Part shown: positions 1-8,558 of the stretch, in pieces
How the letters are laid out: each line of letters begins with the position of its first letter
Position numbering within the stretch: the first letter of the stretch is position 1
NCBI GenBank assembly: GCA_965205015.1
Contig: OZ242029.1
Coordinates: forward strand, 64,001-128,000
Direction of reading: 5' to 3'
Length of the DNA stretch: 64,000 bases
Origin: Candidatus Poribacteria bacterium
GTDB taxonomy: Bacteria; Poribacteria; WGA-4E; WGA-3G
Translations under genes and position numbers: made by a program
Notes under the pieces: generated by a model
Databases searched by the model: none
What the model saw: only the letters and a program-made list of their open reading frames with translations
What the model was told of the DNA's origin: nothing

Positions 1-37
1 ATCCGAAATCCACGAAGACTTACCTTCAGAGGAAGAA

Positions 38-1474
38 TTGGCGGAATTGTTCCGCGCTGACCCGCCGCGGAGTAAAGCCCGAATCGCCGTCCCTATCGCA
101 ATGGCTATCGTTCTGATCGGCACAATTTTTGTGTACTACCGCACCCATGAACTCTCCGCAACGGTCTTGGAGCAACGGGATGCAGACGGAAACGCTATTG
201 GTAAATCGGAATACGCCAAGGGTAAAGTCGTTCAATTGCTTGAATCAAGCGGGAACTTCCTGTTTGAGATTGACAGGAGTGCCGCAAGTGATCTGGACAA
301 TCGTATTGTCCCTGCAGTTTTGCGGGAGGCGTTCAATAGCCATAAAATCCCGCTTTCGGACGAACTCACGGTTTCGGTTAAACCGTGGAAGGACAGTCGC
401 TGGCTCCTTTCGGATATGAAATACGAGCAGACTTATAGTATCCGGGCAATAGAGGACACTGTGGACGCGACCTCCGAATCGCGACTCAATGTCTATGCGT
501 CAAAAATCGAACATCATATCCTCGAAGTGGAAATGCTGAGCGGAATGTATAAAGGCAGACGCCTGGTGTTACGAAACATCGTGAACCACAATATGCCGTT
601 GCTGAGCATTCCTGCGGAACCGGGAGATGTTATTCTCTGTCGTGTTGCTGGGAGCCCGGACCAGGTGGGCCTCGTTAACATCGTTCAAGATTACGGGAGA
701 GACCGATTTCTGATCTGGATAGTGGGGGGGATGCTACTCTTAATTATCCTCGTCGGCAGGATCGAGGGGATCCGCACGGCGTGTGCGATGTTGATTTCCG
801 CAGGGGTTATCTACTTCTTCATGCTGCCGTTAATTTCGGGCGGTGCGAATGCGGTGTTCATCGTAACGCTGACGTCCGGTGTCGTGGCGTTTGTGTCGCT
901 GGTCTTCGTGATCGGTCCGAGTCGGAAAACCTTTTCAGCGGTCCTTGGAACGATGGGGGGTATCTTGGTTGCGGGTTTGATTGTCCTGTTTGCGCAGGAG
1001 CACCTCCATTTTTCTGGGTTAGAGAACGCGATTTCAGCGGACATTGTGGAGGCGACGCGCACACCCCCGTTCGATTTTGTGCAGATCCTCTTGGCAGGGA
1101 TGCTGATGGGGGTACTGGGTGTCGCCGTTGACGGCGCGATCGAGGTGGCATCCAGTATGGAGGAAATTCGCAAGGCGAATCCGAACATGCCGACATGGCG
1201 ACTCATCGCTTCCGGTTTGAACGTTGGCACGGACATTCTCGGCACGATGGTGAATACGTTGGTTTTCGCTTATCTCGGCGTGGAGTTGCTGCTTGTGGTC
1301 ACCGTTACAGCACCGAATCTGGACTTTTTCAAATCGCCACCCGTGCAGATGCTGAGTATCGGTGTTGTATCGGCGGAAATTGTGCGGCTGCTCGCTGGCA
1401 CATTGGGACTCGTCCTTGCGATCCCAATTACGGCAGTGATTTGCGCGTTCTGGAACCCAAAGCAAAGGGTGTGA
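38..1474 (+). CDS. YibE/F family membrane protein
   Basis: 478 aa. N-terminal TM, soluble domain, then a multi-TM C-terminus with YibE/F-like motifs GVLGVAVDGAIEVASS, GLNVGTDILGTMVNTLVFAYLG and EIVRLLAGTLGLVLAIPITA. Exact start (TTG) uncertain. Confidence 0.8.
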   Translation: MAELFRADPPRSKARIAVPIAMAIVLIGTIFVYYRTHELSATVLEQRDADGNAIGKSEYAKGKVVQLLESSGNFLFEIDRSAASDLDNRIVPAVLREAFNSHKIPLSDELTVSVKPWKDSRWLLSDMKYEQTYSIRAIEDTVDATSESRLNVYASKIEHHILEVEMLSGMYKGRRLVLRNIVNHNMPLLSIPAEPGDVILCRVAGSPDQVGLVNIVQDYGRDRFLIWIVGGMLLLIILVGRIEGIRTACAMLISAGVIYFFMLPLISGGANAVFIVTLTSGVVAFVSLVFVIGPSRKTFSAVLGTMGGILVAGLIVLFAQEHLHFSGLENAISADIVEATRTPPFDFVQILLAGMLMGVLGVAVDGAIEVASSMEEIRKANPNMPTWRLIASGLNVGTDILGTMVNTLVFAYLGVELLLVVTVTAPNLDFFKSPPVQMLSIGVVSAEIVRLLAGTLGLVLAIPITAVICAFWNPKQRV

Positions 1475-1491
1475 GATATCACAATGGCAAG

Positions 1492-1842
1492 CTACGTTAA
1501 AGGATACTTCCCTTCGGTAATCAATCTTTGTCGGGCTTCTTCCAAGCGTTCCTCCCAATCAATCAGCGTAGGAGTTCTGCCATACGCTTCTATGAGTTTC
1601 CCTGCCTCTTCATCCATAAGCTTCCCGCGCGCAAGGTAAGCCTCCACTTCCTCCTTGTTGGTAAGGTAATAGAGAATAGTGGCATAGATTTCTTCCATCG
1701 ACAAAGTTGGGAAGCGATGGAGGAGTTCATCAGTTCCCATGCCTCGTTGATACTTGTTCAACACATGCTGGATAGCAATGCGATGTCCTTTGATGCGTAT
1801 ATCAATTTCGCTGTTGAAGTCGAAGTAATCTTTTAGTTCCAT
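1492..1842 (-). CDS. DUF433 domain protein (putative antitoxin)
   Basis: IRIKGHRIAI...FPTLSMEEIYATILYY is the DUF433 pattern; GAGG upstream of ATG. Confidence 0.8.
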   Translation of the reverse strand: MELKDYFDFNSEIDIRIKGHRIAIQHVLNKYQRGMGTDELLHRFPTLSMEEIYATILYYLTNKEEVEAYLARGKLMDEEAGKLIEAYGRTPTLIDWEERLEEARQRLITEGKYPLT

Positions 1843-1856
1843 TTTTACCTCTCCCG

Positions 1857-2201
1857 TTATGGGAGATATTGTATAACATCTCGATATTGCTTAGGATCGA
1901 AGGAGTCCCAAATCCGGCGTAACTCCTTGATGTAAGTACCAATTGAGACGCGCTGTGAGAAGCAGAGAATTCCGGGGACATGTCCACCAACTTGCAAATG
2001 CTCGATAAGGTGTTTCGGCATTGTCGCTCGGTTGTTGGTCAGTAGGATATAGTTGTTGTGCTGAATCCACGTCAAAAGGTCTGGATCAGATGTTGCGAGG
2101 GGTGGTGCTCCCTTATCTCCAATACGGCTAATTTGCATTTCGGGGAGCTGTTCCTGAATCGCCCGGCTGAGATGCTCGTCTAAAAGAAACCGTGGTTTCA
2201 T
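1857..2201 (-). CDS. DUF5615 family PIN-like toxin
   Basis: RFLLDEHLS, SDPDLLTW and ILLTNNR motifs; ATGA overlap with the upstream DUF433 gene. Confidence 0.8.
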   Translation of the reverse strand: MKPRFLLDEHLSRAIQEQLPEMQISRIGDKGAPPLATSDPDLLTWIQHNNYILLTNNRATMPKHLIEHLQVGGHVPGILCFSQRVSIGTYIKELRRIWDSFDPKQYRDVIQYLP

Positions 2202-2566
2202 GCAGGTTCATCCCAGATCGGGTCAAACTCTCCAGCAGCAATCCGTTTTTCCCGCGCCTTTCGTAGGCGTTCTCTCTCTTCAATGAGCACTAACGTTGGT
2301 CCCTGAGTGTGCCGCCATTCCTGATCTAATGTTTTTTTCTTTTCCTTCACCCGTTCCAGGTAAGCCTCGACCTCTGTTCTGTTCGCCTCATAGTAAAGAA
2401 GCGTAGCATAGATTTTCTCTAAGGATAACTTTGGAAAATACCGGAGAATTTCTTCAGGTTCTCTGCCTTGTAAACGTTGTTCTAACACTTCGTCAATATA
2501 AACGCGATGCCCCTTGATACGGATGCTGGTTTCATCAATAAAGTCAAAATAGTCCCGCACGTCCAT
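2198..2566 (-). CDS. DUF433 domain protein (putative antitoxin)
   Basis: IRIKGHRVYI...FPKLSLEKIYATLLYY. Start moved to ATG 2566, which follows an AAGGAGG RBS. Confidence 0.8.
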   Translation of the reverse strand: MDVRDYFDFIDETSIRIKGHRVYIDEVLEQRLQGREPEEILRYFPKLSLEKIYATLLYYEANRTEVEAYLERVKEKKKTLDQEWRHTQGPTLVLIEERERLRKAREKRIAAGEFDPIWDEPA

Positions 2567-2662
2567 AATTTGCCTCCTTTCGAGCGATGTTAAAATTTTA
2601 TACGGAGGCGTGCAAAAAGTCAAGGAATAGTTGCAGATAGCGGGCTCCCCTCTTTCTGATAA

Positions 2663-3373
2663 CTACTGCGGGCACCACGCCATCACTGTTCCGAAACTCG
2701 CAAATGCACTGTTTTCACCGCTCGTTAGGATTCGCGAACCTTGGACGACAACCCGTGTGTCGCGGCTCGTGATTTTGTAACTCACAGGGGCATCTTTGGC
2801 AATCAGAGGTTCACCCTTTTCGTCTTTGAGTTTGTCGAGCCGATAATGCACTGAACGGTGCGCCGGCACTTCAAATTCACAAGAGACGTTTTCTAATCCG
2901 GGGTCCTCATAAAGCACTTCTAAGAGACAACGTGTATCGCTATCAGCGGTATTGGAGATACATATAGATTCATGCGAAAAATATCCCCCACCGTGTTCTT
3001 CCCACGCCTGTTCCGCTGGTGTGAGTGCCGCCATGTAGCCATCTGGAATGACCCAGACATAAGCACCATCGCCATCTGAAGTATAGTTTTTGAGCGCATC
3101 TGCTATCCGTTCCGGTTCATCTTCTACTTTGTCCAACGAAATCACGAGAAATCGGGAGCGTGTTTTTATTCCGTCCACTGATGGGGTGTGTTTTAACGCG
3201 CCTCTCACATTTAGACATAACGTGTTATCTCCCAACATCACAAGGTGACTGACGCCTTGCGATGCAAGCCAATCGCCGAACGTATCGTTGAGGAGTGTTG
3301 ATAAAGTTTCAAGGTTTGAGATGCCTGCCTGTTTGTAATCTTGAATCGTCGTCAGTAATTGTCCAAAATTCAT
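2663..3373 (-). CDS. Sensory rhodopsin transducer (ASRT)-like protein with N-terminal extension
   Basis: C-terminal half matches the ASRT pattern (WVIPDGYM, SHESICISN, VPAHRSVH, VVVQGSR); AGGAG RBS. Confidence 0.65.
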   Translation of the reverse strand: MNFGQLLTTIQDYKQAGISNLETLSTLLNDTFGDWLASQGVSHLVMLGDNTLCLNVRGALKHTPSVDGIKTRSRFLVISLDKVEDEPERIADALKNYTSDGDGAYVWVIPDGYMAALTPAEQAWEEHGGGYFSHESICISNTADSDTRCLLEVLYEDPGLENVSCEFEVPAHRSVHYRLDKLKDEKGEPLIAKDAPVSYKITSRDTRVVVQGSRILTSGENSAFASFGTVMAWCPQ

Positions 3374-3404
3374 ATATTTCTCCTAAAAAATAGCGAAAAT
3401 TTTT

Positions 3405-3767
3405 CTACACCATCCAGCGTTCGCCGATACCGAGGAGTGCCATTAATACCTGCAAAAGCACACTCTCTGCATCGGTTCCAACAAAGTGTCGGCGCGTATC
3501 AATATAAGTGCCGTAATCGGCTGCCCATTCGCGAAAATAGGTCTCATATTCCCAACCCTTCGCGGTCTGTCGGAAAACAGACCTTTCTGGATATGTGAGT
3601 TTCTGATGCAAGAGTTGCTGCAGTTGTTCGGAGGTGGGTATCCATATCTCTTCGGTGTTTTCTGCACCCGGTCGAAGTGCCTGAATCTCAGGGTGTCGGC
3701 ACCGCTCTAAGTATTCTTGGGAGTGTTTCTGGGTCTCAGCTGGATTCATCGGTTTATGAGCGAACAA
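3405..3767 (-). CDS. hypothetical protein
   Basis: 120 aa ORF co-oriented and closely spaced with the downstream gene; no family recognised. Confidence 0.55.
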   Translation of the reverse strand: MFAHKPMNPAETQKHSQEYLERCRHPEIQALRPGAENTEEIWIPTSEQLQQLLHQKLTYPERSVFRQTAKGWEYETYFREWAADYGTYIDTRRHFVGTDAESVLLQVLMALLGIGERWMV

Positions 3768-3964
3768 TTGGTTCCCGTTTTTGGAGTGTGCACACCCGAC
3801 ATCATACGACTGAGTGCCTCCCTGTTAATTTAAGCGATATTATACGGTGTGAAACACCCAATGTCAATATTTTACAAATTTTTGTTACTTTTTCACAGAA
3901 ATAACGTATTACAAAATACGTCATCATATTTTATCGAATCATCAAAAATCCTGAGAAATCAAGC

Positions 3965-4767
3965 AAGGAAAATCCAATGAATTTCCTAATAGTACTTTCC
4001 ATCTTTTGGGTGAGCGTGCTTGTCAAATTTTCCAGATATCCATAAGTCCAGACAGCACGTTAATACCACTTGATACCAACAAGCACGGGTAATGAGACGT
4101 GTTTGTTAAAACGCAACCATTTCTAAAACACAACTCATTGTTTGGGCAGGCTTCGCGCCTGCCCAATTTCTTTGCAGTTAAGTAACCCTCACGGTGTTTG
4201 TTTCAGACTCGCCCAAGTGCCGACTCGCTTGCGTTTGACCGCACTCGGTGCCGACGGCGCCGGTTGCTCGTAGAACCCGGGAGACCCCATGTCTTCCCGA
4301 TGTCCATAGTAATAAACCTCCGGGGGCGACTCGCTCGGGACGACCTGATGAGAGACACGCGCCTGGTTCTGATGGAGTGGTGCCACCGGATCCCCTAACG
4401 CACCAAAAGCTGCCCTACCGAGACGGTGAATCTCTGCGCCATCGGCATCCGTCAACACCCACCCGCGTTTGAGGACGTTGTCTATGTTCAAGTTGTAGAC
4501 CTGTGTTGCTTCTATCCCGGAAAATCGCCATGCCGAAACTGTTCCGGTTGATAGGATCGCGACACCACCCCCTGCTATGCTGAACCCATCCTGTGTTCCA
4601 GCGAGTGTCAGTGTGTGGACCTTATGGGGGGCGGTGGCAGACCGTCGGGTGGCATATTGGAACGTGTAGCCTTTGAGGTTAACTACCTCGGTGTTGGGGT
4701 TATACACCTCAATCCACTGTGGTAATCCACTACTCCCAGCAGACCAATCTCTGACCATATACTCTGT
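3965..4767. repeat. Direct repeat A1 (3' constant part of lamin-tail gene plus downstream region); copy A2 at 12931-13733
   Basis: Near-identical by eye at a constant offset of 8966; coding differences mostly synonymous. Confidence 0.95.
4142..4166. terminator. Hairpin terminator downstream of lamin-tail gene 1 (identical copy at 13108-13132)
   Basis: TTGGGCAGGC-TTCGC-GCCTGCCCAA, perfect 10-bp stem just after the stop codon. Confidence 0.7.
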
Positions 4768-5466
4768 TATGCGTATGGGGAATAAAGGTTGAGGCTCGGG
4801 TTGTGTTTCTGGTGTCCCCTCAAGCGTTGTTCCGTATTTTTGTTGGGCTCTGAGGAAATTTTGTTCTGTGCTTGTGTCAACAGGGGTTTGGCTCTCACCT
4901 GCTTCGGATGTCCCTTCAGATGTGCCTCCCGTCGCTACCGCTGTAGGTTGAGTAACCGTAGGATAATTCACTGTTGGCTGATTATTAGGCTGTTGATTCA
5001 CAGGTTGCTGATTTTCCGGGAGTTGACGCACAGCCCGCGGAGGTGCATCCTGTTGAGGTGAGGACCCCTGAATCAAAGACTGCTGAGGGGGAGACTGTGG
5101 TTCAGCAGGTCGCTGAACAGGGTCGTGCTTATGACCTGAAAGATAGTCACCGTGATCGTGCTTGTAAGCCGCCTGCGAGTTCTCATAGTTATGTACATGT
5201 TCACCTGAACTGTAATACCAGGCTCTTGTCATCCCGCCGTAACCTGGATTTGTGTTATCGGGGAAAATATAATTGTGCTCGTGCCAACGGGTTTCCCCAT
5301 AGATTTGCACTCCACGGTCGTCGCTCTCACGGGTTACATCGCGCTGACTGGATAATTCTGCTCGACCCCGTGTTGGGTCTACCCAAGATTCAATGTTATG
5401 CGCGAACACTGACGATGACACTGCTAAAAGTGAAAGCGTTAAGAGTAAGATGCTAAATCTAAACAT
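4189..5466 (-). CDS. Secreted His-rich protein with C-terminal lamin-tail domain (paralog 1)
   Basis: Signal peptide ending VFA-H, His-rich segment, Q/P/T linker, lamin-tail motif IRITEYM...QWIEVYNPNTEVVNLKGY and GSPG, C-terminal TWASLK; AAGGAG RBS. Confidence 0.8.
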   Translation of the reverse strand: MFRFSILLLTLSLLAVSSSVFAHNIESWVDPTRGRAELSSQRDVTRESDDRGVQIYGETRWHEHNYIFPDNTNPGYGGMTRAWYYSSGEHVHNYENSQAAYKHDHGDYLSGHKHDPVQRPAEPQSPPQQSLIQGSSPQQDAPPRAVRQLPENQQPVNQQPNNQPTVNYPTVTQPTAVATGGTSEGTSEAGESQTPVDTSTEQNFLRAQQKYGTTLEGTPETQPEPQPLFPIRITEYMVRDWSAGSSGLPQWIEVYNPNTEVVNLKGYTFQYATRRSATAPHKVHTLTLAGTQDGFSIAGGGVAILSTGTVSAWRFSGIEATQVYNLNIDNVLKRGWVLTDADGAEIHRLGRAAFGALGDPVAPLHQNQARVSHQVVPSESPPEVYYYGHREDMGSPGFYEQPAPSAPSAVKRKRVGTWASLKQTP

Positions 5467-5594
5467 TTTTTATCTCCTTAGTTTGTAAAAGAAACGGTCT
5501 CTTGGAAGTGTTTTTGCTTCGGTGTTTTCCGTAGGTTGAACGAGAACGGACACAAAGCATTGGGGTGTCCAATACATCGGGAGAGACCTGATGC

Positions 5595-5648
5595 AACAAA
5601 AATAGCCCGCAATGGGAGGCTCTGTGCAAAACAGAACCACCTGCGGGC
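5595..5648 (-). terminator. Putative leader attenuator hairpin, copy 1
   Basis: Minus strand GCCCGCA-GGT-GGTTCTGT-TTTGC-ACAGAGCC-TCCCAT-TGCGGGC followed by TATTTTTGTT; outer stem and tail conserved in copy 2. Confidence 0.55.
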
Positions 5649-5700
5649 GCGAAGACAGTCCGATGCAGGACCGTCAGGATCGTTTTATGAAATAAAATAC

Positions 5701-5856
5701 TTATCGTTTGTGAAGAATTCGGGGGGGGTTTTTACCTATTTGAGGATCGACAGAACGCCTCAAAACGCAGCAGCCACTCCCTCTCATCGGGGCGCGCACA
5801 TCCGCACGCATCTTCAGAGACCTTTTTAATTCAAAGGGTAAACTGCACTTCGTCAT
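5701..5856 (-). CDS. Leader uORF2 copy 1 (51 aa) containing the C8 tract at 5721-5728
   Basis: Manual translation MTKCSLPFELKRSLKMRADVRAPMRGSGCCVLRRSVDPQIGKNPPRILHKR*; GAGG upstream of ATG. Confidence 0.4.
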   Translation of the reverse strand: MTKCSLPFELKRSLKMRADVRAPMRGSGCCVLRRSVDPQIGKNPPRILHKR

Positions 5857-5887
5857 GAGCGTTCCTCAGGTAAAATGTTCAAGTCTA

Positions 5888-6022
5888 TCAAGGTTTTTTC
5901 GGTTGGCGAAGGTGTTGTTTTTCAAACGCCACCATCGCTTTTAAGTCAGTAGTTGTAAATCCATGAAATATCTCAAGGTTTTCTCTTTTGTCGTTGTGTC
6001 GGTTGCGAAAATCGCAACTCAA
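5888..6022 (-). CDS. Leader uORF1 copy 1 (44 aa)
   Basis: TTG start after AGAAAGAGGA; MSCDFRNRHNDKRENLEIFHGFTTTDLKAMVAFEKQHLRQPKKP*; N-terminal ~26 codons shared with copy 2. Confidence 0.45.
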   Translation of the reverse strand: MSCDFRNRHNDKRENLEIFHGFTTTDLKAMVAFEKQHLRQPKKP

Positions 6023-6304
6023 ACGTATCCTCTTTCTAATGCTCTATAGTTACTTAGGTCACTTTTTCATTATTCATCATATAAAATATAAATGGCATAG
6101 GTAACTATTATACAAAATTTCCAGGTAAAAAGCAAATTATATTTACAAAAATTGCTAATTTTCCTTAAAAAGTGAATAATATTTTAGAATTGTAGCTAAT
6201 TTTTTCTGAGAAACCCCTTTCCCAAATATCGTGGGGATCTTCAGCATTTACCAGAATTCACATTGATTTAAAATTTGACCCAAAATGAAATGCGTGATAG
6301 TATA
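5951..6304. repeat. Direct repeat B1 (promoter region and uORF1 5' part); copy B2 at 14972-15330
   Basis: Highly similar by eye, with few substitutions and small indels. Confidence 0.9.
6107..6135 (-). promoter_or_regulatory. Putative sigma70 promoter of lamin-tail gene 1 leader (copy 2 at 15132-15160)
   Basis: TTGCTT-17 nt-TATAAT on the minus strand, conserved in both copies. Confidence 0.6.
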
Positions 6305-6311
6305 CCCTATT

Positions 6312-6460
6312 TAGGGCTTACGCAGTTTACCTGTTTTTGTGCGGTCTTTGGTTCGTAGTAGCGCAATGGTGCAAGTCGCGTGTGGACTTGCGGGACAATG
6401 CGCTTTCTTCGGGAATATCACCTCAATTTTGGTATAGAAGCCAATTGTGCGTAAGTCCTG
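6312..6460. mobile_element. MITE-like element (left) with 13-bp terminal inverted repeats and an internal GTAG REP
   Basis: Ends TAGGGCTTACGCA and TGCGTAAGTCCTG; internal GTAGTAGCGCAAT; homologous to 12808-12929 in inverted orientation. Confidence 0.7.
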
Positions 6461-6588
6461 TTTATAATTTTTTCCGAAATTGTGTCAAGAAAAAAATGTG
6501 TGCTTCGGTGCATACCCTGTTTTGTTATCACAGCTTGAATAAGTTATTTCGCAGTTGAGAAATTCGCAACGCAAATGGAGGCATTTTC

Positions 6589-7107
6589 ATGGGTTTTGTG
6601 TCATGTCAAGAGGATAATCAGGATACTGCCGGTGAACCTGTAAAGGCAGGAAAACAGAAAGGTCAAGTTACGAAAATAGAAGAAACAGATAAACTCATAG
6701 AACCCGATCCCAAAATGGAGACATTGACAGTGAAAAATACGGTTATCGTCAAAGCAGATGGTCTGGCGGTCAACTCTACTGAGATAGAAAGTTATGCCTT
6801 CGACATCATGTTCATGGATGATGATGAGTAATTAGAACCGCAGATAGACCTCACTGCAACCGCACGAACAGAGCCAAGTAGCCCTGGGAAAGTGTATCTG
6901 ATCTCAAGGTTCTATGACATCAAAGAAGCTTGTTCTCTGCTAACAGATCTTATGTCAAACGTTGTCCCGAGAAAATTTTTCACATTCCGTGTCACATTAG
7001 ACTTAGGAGCGTTCCCAAAGCACCCCACCGCTTATTTCACATCTTGTGGACGCAGCACGACACACGGAATATCGGTTTGTGTCAAGATGAGTCCACAACG
7101 CCGATAA
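6589..7107 (+). pseudogene. Probable pseudogene (hypothetical protein with in-frame TAA at 6829-6831)
   Basis: ORFs 6589-6831 and 6892-7107 share a frame and the intervening 60 nt are open; GGAGG RBS at the first start. Confidence 0.45.
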
Positions 7108-7400
7108 CCCCCGCGGTTGTCAAACTACTGGAGATGTTTTTCTGTGACTGATAACTCTTGAGCCTTAAGTGGCATATTTGTATTGTCTTGATTCTTTCAG
7201 TCAAATATGCTATTATTTTGTTAAGGTCGATTGTGGTGGTGCGCGGTTTAAAGGTTCTACACATTTCACTTGTAAGGTCATTTCACAATAATATTGAAGG
7301 AAGTTTCGCATAGCATTTCATAAGTTTTGGCAAGGTCCTAACCTGCAGGAACGCGGAGGATTTCACGCTATATACTTTCGCTATCATTCTCGCTTTTTAC

Positions 7401-8558
7401 ATGAACACTCCAGAAGTTTTTACACCGGAAGAACGAAACGAAAATACTGAGCGAAAGCGAGAACTGATTGAACTTATTGCCTCTGGAGAGGCTATACTTA
7501 TCGTTGGAGCCGGAAGTAGCGCGCGTGTCGGTTACGTGACTTGGAAAGGTCTTCTGAAGGAATTGGAGGATTTAGCCAATGAGTGCGGGGCCGGTCTCAA
7601 TCAAGAGCGGAAAGGCGATGATTTAGCATACGCAGAAGACATCAAATCACATATCTACAATGAAATGGGTGATTTAGGTAGATACCATGCTTTCCTTGAT
7701 GAACTTTTTAAACCTAAATCTCTAACTTACGACGAATTCCATAGATTGCTTGTTGATCTTCCTTTCAGAGGTATCTTAACCACAAATTACGATATTGTTC
7801 TTGAAGAAGCGTTGTTAGGAAAAAAGATTGAAGCAGAACGAGAAGACAGAGAGATTCCTCCTATAGATGGATCCCCGTTGGTAATCGGGCAAGATACCCC
7901 TCGACTCATCCATGAATTCCTACTATCGCGGAGCAACGATCCACGAATACCGCAACGGATTGCACACCTACATGGAATGTACAGGAATCCAACAAGTATC
8001 ATTCTCAGTATCAACGACTACATTAAGGCCTATGGCTTGCATGTTGCGGAGGATGGAGAGCAAGTTAATGAGAAAGAAGTATGGACGCTTCATCGGAAAT
8101 TGTTATGGGCTGTCTTAGCAACCCGCAGAGTCGTTTTTGTCGGTTTCAGCATGGACGACCCCTACTTTAACAAGATGTTAGAAATCGTCAGTGCAGACCT
8201 GTGGGGATGGAACAAATCTATTCACTTCGCAATTATGGGTATCTCTGCCGAAGACAAGGGAGGCATCCAAGATTCAAAAGATAAAGCAAATAGCCTCAAG
8301 AGTAAGTATGGGATAGATACTGTATTTTACGAGGTTTTTAAGGATTCACATCAACGTTTGGAGGATCTCTTCACTGAAATCGCAGAGCAATGTGAGGATA
8401 GGAATCGATCTGTTGAAGAAACCCAAGACCTGTTAAGCGATAGTGAGCGTTCCGAAGGTGAAGAATTAAAATCCATTTCAAGTGGATCGAGAGATATATT
8501 GAATTGGATTAAACGAGAAAGCCAACGTATGATAAGGAGGATGGGCGATGAAGATTAA
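7401..8558 (+). CDS. SIR2-family (SIR2_2) protein, putative NADase effector
   Basis: Motifs LIVGAGSS, ILTTNYD, HLHG and VFVGFSMDDP, typical of defence-associated sirtuins. Confidence 0.88.
   Translation: MNTPEVFTPEERNENTERKRELIELIASGEAILIVGAGSSARVGYVTWKGLLKELEDLANECGAGLNQERKGDDLAYAEDIKSHIYNEMGDLGRYHAFLDELFKPKSLTYDEFHRLLVDLPFRGILTTNYDIVLEEALLGKKIEAEREDREIPPIDGSPLVIGQDTPRLIHEFLLSRSNDPRIPQRIAHLHGMYRNPTSIILSINDYIKAYGLHVAEDGEQVNEKEVWTLHRKLLWAVLATRRVVFVGFSMDDPYFNKMLEIVSADLWGWNKSIHFAIMGISAEDKGGIQDSKDKANSLKSKYGIDTVFYEVFKDSHQRLEDLFTEIAEQCEDRNRSVEETQDLLSDSERSEGEELKSISSGSRDILNWIKRESQRMIRRMGDED

Noticed and set aside
5536-5829. 97-aa plus-strand ORF across leader 1
   Set aside because: TTG start, no clear RBS, no family resemblance and no counterpart in leader 2.
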